Of a stretch of 64,000 nt of DNA, positions 57,745-64,000 are shown piece by piece. The stretch comes from Eledone cirrhosa (Eukaryota): assembly GCA_964016885.1 (NCBI GenBank), contig OZ024747.1, forward strand, positions 11,036,001-11,100,000. Direction: 5' to 3'. The notes below the pieces were generated by a model. It saw only the letters and a list, made by a program, of their open reading frames with translations. It did not search any database and had not been told where the DNA came from. A program made the translations under genes and the position numbers. Each line of letters begins with the position of its first letter. Positions within the stretch are counted from its first letter, which is position 1.

Positions 57745-57920
57745 ATCGATGCTAGAATCGTTAGATCATCCAATAAATTGTCTTGTGTTATTTCTTCTCA
57801 CTTTTTATGTTCTGTGTTTCAAATCTGGCCGAGATCAATTCTGTCTTTTATTCATCCGGGGTCAATAATAGACAAACACTAACACTCATCATCAAACAAT
57901 GGAATCGATTTAATCGAATA
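57745..57920 (+). mobile_element. Diverged SINE
   Basis: AGAATCGTTAG...TTCAAATCTGGCCGAGATCAA...GGGGTCAATAA...ATCGATTTAATCGA. Confidence 0.6.
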
Positions 57921-58318
57921 TACATCAGCATTTGTGGTTCCTAAGGCAATCTTCTGACAATTGCTGCTAGGACACTAACTCAAAGTTGTATCATTTTTTT
58001 AAATATTTTCTGCTCATGCGACTGCTGCTCTTTCATGAAGCCATGTCTAGGCCTGCAACCTTTGATAAAACATTCCTATATCGCCTTAATGTTAATATAT
58101 GTTAACCATATCGACATTTCTTAACGTAGAAATACAAGAGATTTATCTTCAACTGGGTTTTCTCAAAATGCCGCTTGGTCTCAGTGGGATTCGAACTCAG
58201 AACATAAAAGGGACCCAGAGCCAGGCTTTCACCTGCCCTAAGCTATATGAAATTTGAGTTTTTCGTCTAAAAGATATAATAAAATTTGTTTATATATCAC
58301 TGTTAATGATAAAGAATG

Positions 58319-58392
<74 letters not shown>

Positions 58393-58404
58393 TAGATAGA
58401 TAGA

Positions 58405-58870
58405 TTTCTTTATTAGCCACAAGGGCGCAATAAGAAAAGGGGACAATACAAAGACATGCCGGGGATTTTACATACAGTCGTGTAAAAAATATAAAAACAA
58501 ACAATTTCAACAATCGAAATCCCCAATAGGGGGGAGGCGTCACAAATGGGTTGTTTAATACCCCGTCGATAGAACAACCCTCAACTCCAGGAGCGTGTTG
58601 TGCAAGTGCTCCTTTCTTCCTTTTGCTCTCTTCCTCAACCTACAGGCTTATAAACAGAGAAGGCCCAATCACTCGGGCCATTTTCGCTTCATTCACCCAC
58701 CTTTCAGTAAATTTACTGGGGTGCAGTGCCTCTCTCTCCACCCTGATTCTCCTTCTAAAGTGATACTTAAAGAAGGGAATCAATTGTTGTCCGGAGAGAA
58801 AGGCATCTGTCCTCAGTCCTCTCAACCTCGTCCACCATATAACTTCTTTCACCATAGCCACCGTACAGAG
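58405..58870 (-). mobile_element. Tx1-like 3' fragment (first of three tandem copies)
   Basis: AMVKEVIWWTRLRGLRTD..., 3' end AATAAAGAAA followed by (TCTA)n. Confidence 0.92.
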
Positions 58871-58879
58871 GATAGATAT

Positions 58880-60186
58880 ATTTCTTTTATTTGCCACTAG
58901 GGCATCAAAAGTGGGACAAGTACAAAGGGGGGAGTTTACACAAAAAGGCGTCCTCAATAAGGAGGAGGCAATAACAAAATATAAAAATAAAATAAGATAT
59001 AACAAAAAATAAAATTTTTAACAAAATCCTCAATAGAGAGGAGGCGCCTTGGGGGGTCGCACACACCCCCGAAAAAAGTGTGCAACCCTACTCCTCAGGA
59101 GCACAGAGAAGGGGTGCTCCCTTGGTCTTTCATCTTCCTCACCTATAGTCTGATGTAGAGTGAAGGCCCATTCACACGGGCCATTCTCGCCACTTTCACC
59201 CATCTTTCATAGAAACGGCTGGGGTGCAGCACCTCTCTCTCCATCCTGATCCTTCTTCCGAAATGATATCGGAAGAAACGGACCAGTTGTTGGCCAGAGA
59301 GAAAGGTGCCCGACCTCAGTCCTTTCAGACGCGTCCACCATACAACCTCTTTCGCCATGGCTATTACGCACAGAAACACCGCCTCTGCTTCATCTTTGAA
59401 GGGGGGAGGCGGCTTGATCATTACAATAGACTCGGTGGTCAACCGGATCGGTCCCACCCTTGACAGCAGTTGTTCGACATGGCCCCACAGATCGGCTACG
59501 CCCGAGCAGTGTACCAATGCGTGTGCAACGGTTTCCTCGTCGCACACGCATCTGGGACAGATCTTTTTGGCGGGGTCCCTACCCGGGCGCCCGTGTCTGT
59601 AGAGCCTTTCTCGAACGGGTAAAGCCCCTCGGTAGCACTGCCAGGCCAGGGACTTCTGGAAGTTGTCCATAGGTCCCGGGCTGAATGTCCTACCGAACAG
59701 GCTGGCCAGTTCGTCCTCCTCCATGTCTAGGGCTTCTCCGAGGGCGTCGTCGCACCTGCTGCGTACCAGCCCTCTATAGAATGTTGCGGTGGAGTCTCCA
59801 CTGATAACCGGATCCGCCTGCCAGAGGGCGGTGAGCGCCTGGGCACACTCAGTGTGCCAGGCGCCCAGTTTTCTCGGTCTTTGCTTGACCCAGGATTGCA
59901 GCTCGGTGAGTGAGACGAGTCTGGGAAAGGTTCGTCTCACAAACGAGGCCCACACCGGTTGTCCGGTGAGGAATACGTAGAGGTGCCGTAGCCTTAATGC
60001 GTGTTTACGCATCATTAGCCACGGCATCCCCAGCCCTCCTTTCGAAGGGTGTTGACAGCAGATGGATCTCCTCACCATAGGAGCCCGCCTCTTCCAAAGG
60101 AATTGGAAGAGCGCGCGCTCCATCTTGGTGAGGGTTTCCCTTGGGCAGGGCACTACGGTCAGGCGGTAGTAGATGACGGACGCTAT
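58880..60186 (-). mobile_element. Tx1-like 3' fragment with intact ~350-codon frame (second tandem copy)
   Basis: ORF 59143..60186, highly similar to the 50-52 kb copy including its 3' UTR. Confidence 0.95.
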
Positions 60187-60197
60187 AGATAGATATA

Positions 60198-61048
60198 TTT
60201 CTTTATTTGCCACAGGGGCACAAAAGATGGGGACAAATACAAATACAAAGTGAGGAGTTTACATACAAGCGTATACAAATAGAACTAGTAAATAAATAAC
60301 AAATAACAATTGAAATCCCCAATAGGGGGAGGCGTTACACATGGGTTGTACACATCCCGAAAAAATGTACAACCCTCATCTCCAGGAGCACGAAGAGCGA
60401 GCGCTCCTTTCCTCTCTTGCTCTTTTTCCTCAACCTACAGGTTTATATAGAGAGAAGGCCCAACCACTCGGGCCATTCTTGCCACATTCACCCACCTTTC
60501 GTAAAATTTGCTGGGGTGCAGCACCTCTCTCTCCACTCTGATTCTTCTTCCAAAGAGATATTTGAAGAAGCGAACCAGTTGTTCGCCGGAGAGAAAGGTG
60601 TCTGACCTCAGCCCTTTCAGCCTCGTCCACCATATAACCTCTTTCACCATAGCCATTACACAGAGGAAAACCGCCTCTCCTTCGTTTTTGAAGGTGGCGG
60701 TTTGATCGTGATGATTGACTCGGTGGTCAACCGGATTTGTCTCACCTGCGACAGTAGCCGTTCTGCGTAGCTCCACAGGTCAGTAACGTCCGGGCAGTGT
60801 ACGAATGCGTGCGCGACGGTTTCCTCGTCTCGCACGCATCTCGGACAGATCTTTTTCGAAGGATCCCTGCCCGGGCGTCCGTGTCTGTAGAGCTTGTCTC
60901 GAACGGGTAGAGCTCCTCGGTAGCACTGCCAGGCCAGGGACTTTTGGAAGTTGTCCATCGGTCCCGGGTGGAATGTCCTACCGAACAGATTGGCCAGTTC
61001 GTCTTCCTCTAGGCCTAGAGTTTCTCCGAGAGTCGCCCATTCGCCCAT
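60198..61048 (-). mobile_element. Tx1-like 3' fragment (third tandem copy)
   Basis: GPMDNFQKSLAWQCYRGALPVR..CPRC with a frameshift near 60690. Bounded by (GATA)n at 61053-61125. Confidence 0.93.
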
Positions 61049-61052
61049 TATC

Positions 61053-61109
<57 letters not shown>

Positions 61110-61809
61110 TGATAGATAGATAGATATTATTTATTCTTTATCGTATATATGTGTGTGTGTGTGTGTTTTAGTGTGAAAGAACAGAAACTAATGATAAAAT
61201 AAAAATGTATTTTAAAAATGAGGCCCACGAGATGGGGGTAAGTGACCCTATACTATGCTTATAGGTAAGTCCAACACTGGCTACACTGAGTCCCCCAAAG
61301 ACGTGTGGCGCTAAGCTATAGCTTATTTAGCTTATAGTTAAGTCCAGCCCCGAGGACACAACTAAACCCCATAAGGACATTTTTAGTCGGATGCTCTACA
61401 GATTCTCCCAATCCACCACCTCTTAGTCTCATTGTAACAGTGAGAAATCCTCTTTAGATTCTTTTATATTCTGAGTTTAAATCCTACTGCTGGAGATGAG
61501 TCTATCTTTCAGCCATCTTACCCATTTCTATGGTAAACATGATGTCACTCTACCGACTAGAAATAGCTCTCAAATATATCTCCTCCTCCTCCTAACACTT
61601 TCAAACTGGAAGAACACATTAGATGATAATGTAGTCCTAGGTATACTAGCATGGCCAAAACAGAGGGAATGGATAAGCCTGGAACGCCTTTGATTCTCTG
61701 CTCGATCAGAGCTCATCTGGGACTAAACAATTACTTTAACTTAGCCACACTTTCACTGATATCTATGTCCAAGAGTCTATGAAATAAGATACCAGTCATA
61801 TACTGATGT

Positions 61810-61965
61810 GGTGCAGATTAAGCAGAGTTGTTAGGGTGTCAAATTAAATATACTTCGGTATTTGTTCCGAGTTAAAACCCAGCCGAGGTCAACTTTGCCT
61901 TTCATCCTTTCATGGTCGATAAATAAAGAACCGATCTAGTAGTGGAATCGATTGTTTCACTTTCC
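61810..61965 (+). mobile_element. Diverged SINE
   Basis: GCCGAGGTCAACTTTGCCTTTCATCCTTTCATGGTCGATAAATAAAG core. Confidence 0.75.
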
Positions 61966-62793
61966 CTGGAAAAGATCAGTTGTATTCCGACAAGAAGAGG
62001 AATAGGCTCCCTCCTCCAGGCGTAAAATGCCCCAAAACACACCGTGTTTCAGGAGGGCGTCCCTGCGACTCTATTAAGCGTTAAGGGCTCTTTACCTTTA
62101 TACCATATACCGATGGCAGATAGATGATAACCTGATATCACATTAAATTCAGCCATTTAAAAGTCGTAACGGGAAACTGAAATACCAACACAGGCTCTAT
62201 CATCAAATATTGATCACAAACATCACTATAGGCTTCTCATAGATGATGCTTCAATTACTATAATTAACGGTAGGTAGAGACCCTCATCAGACCATGGACC
62301 TTGGACCTAGAAAGTTCCTCACCGAGGCACAGTTGCCCATACATACCAGTCTCTCCTCCCCACGCCAACAACTTGACACGGGAGAGAAAGAAAGAAAGAT
62401 CGCTTTCACGCAATTTATTTAAACTTCTTCGAATTTGACAAAATTTCAAATCCTTCTAGCTTAGATATCTAATGTAAGAGAGTTTATTGACCTCACAGAA
62501 ATAAAGAGTTACACCTCATATACTATATCGTATTTCATTTGACTTAAGTAGAACGTAAATAGATCTAAACCAAACCCATATTATCCACCAACTCAAACGC
62601 AAACCCGAATCCTAAATTGGACTCCACTCACCACACAGATGCCACATGCCCTAAAACAATAAAAAAAAAACGTTGCCTATCTCTCCCAGTAAAACAACAA
62701 CAATCCAGCTCTAATTACTGGTATGGGGGCGACAGACGTCATCCGGCTGCAGCTATTGTATTGCGTAGTTTCTATAGTTCATTCTGTTATGGA

Positions 62794-63003
62794 GGCGGTG
62801 GATTGGCAGTATCAGTATTGGGAGCGGGTCAACACCATGCTTTGCAGCATAGAGTTAGGGTCCTTTACGGTCTGAGTTCAAATCCCGCCGAGGTTAACTT
62901 TGCCTTTCATCCTTACAGGGTCGATAAAATAAAGTACCAGTCACGTACTGAGGTCGATTTAATCGACTTTCCCTTCTCCAAAATCGCTGGCCTTGTGCCA
63001 TTC
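62794..63003 (+). mobile_element. tRNA-derived SINE, near full length
   Basis: Head, B box TGAGTTCAAATCCC, core and GGCCTTGTGCC tail, as at 32438 and 37395. Confidence 0.88.
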
Positions 63004-63280
63004 TGTTATGAAGTATTCTTATTTTCTTGAAGTGTCGATATAAAATCGAGAGATCAAATATTTAAAAAGCTGGTATCAAATGCTACCCAAATCCGCCATT
63101 TTTAGTTAAAGTTTCAGTAAGTTCTATCAAAATGTATTAATACTTAATCATTGTTCAATGTTGGTTCTCAGAAAAATATTTTATAAATGTATATACATAT
63201 ACATGCGCACTTACATATATACATATATACATACATACATACATACATATACACACGTACGTACATATATATGTATATAC

Positions 63281-63349
<69 letters not shown>

Positions 63350-63394
63350 TACATATATACATATACACACGTACGTACATATATATGTATATAC

Positions 63395-63435
<41 letters not shown>

Positions 63436-63592
63436 GAGAGAGAGAGAGAGAGATAGAGGGAGACAGATAGATATGCACAGATATACATTCACAATGTGTG
63501 TGTGTAATTGCGTGTATATATGTGTGCGAAAGTGTGTGCGTTTCGGTAAGGAAAGGGAACAAGAGCGTGCCTGTGTGTGTGTACGTGTGTGT

Positions 63593-63670
<78 letters not shown>

Positions 63671-64000
63671 ATGTGTTTGTATGAGTATTTACGGTCGCAC
63701 ATGCACGTGTAGTTGTTACAGACTGGTCCAGGGCAATGTGCCAAAAAAACAAAAGGAGAAAACGAGAGAGACTGGAAGATAGACAGAGAGGGAGAGAGAG
63801 ATAGACAGATAGGGAGAGAGAGAGAGAGAGAGAGATATTGAGAAATAGGGAGATAGACAAAGTGAGAAGAGTAGGGACGGTAGGGAGTAAGGAAAAGGAG
63901 AGAGAAAGAGTGAGAAAGAGATGGGGGGAGAGGGGGATCAACATGGAAGAGAGAGGGAGAGGGTGAGGGAGAGAGAGAGAGAGAGAGAGATCAACATGGA

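Overview
Eukaryotic, extremely microsatellite-rich intronic or intergenic DNA. The repeat content (MetaSINE-like tRNA-derived SINEs; dense (TA)n, (CA)n, (GATA)n and (AAC)n tracts) suggests an octopod cephalopod, which is an inference. Almost all listed ORFs are microsatellite artefacts. Recognisable coding sequence is all retrotransposon-derived: seven 5'-truncated L1/Tx1-clade copies (five in (GATA)n, two in (TTA)n), two R4/Dong-like restriction-like-endonuclease copies in (TAA)n, one Penelope-like element (RT C-terminus + GIY-YIG) and a CR1/L2-group remnant. Also present are about a dozen SINE copies, a hAT MITE, a Tc1/pogo-type MITE and four minisatellites (34, 87, 43, 67 bp). The most notable layer is a population of short non-coding elements anchored in (TA)n tracts: about nine minimal type I hammerhead ribozyme motifs (two with a U3-A8 variant core), many fold-back inverted duplications, and 0.7-kb elements with terminal direct repeats. 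Together these suggest a Penelope-driven set of non-autonomous, retrozyme-like elements. Host exons are only tentatively visible. All coordinates were read by eye and may be off by a few bases.
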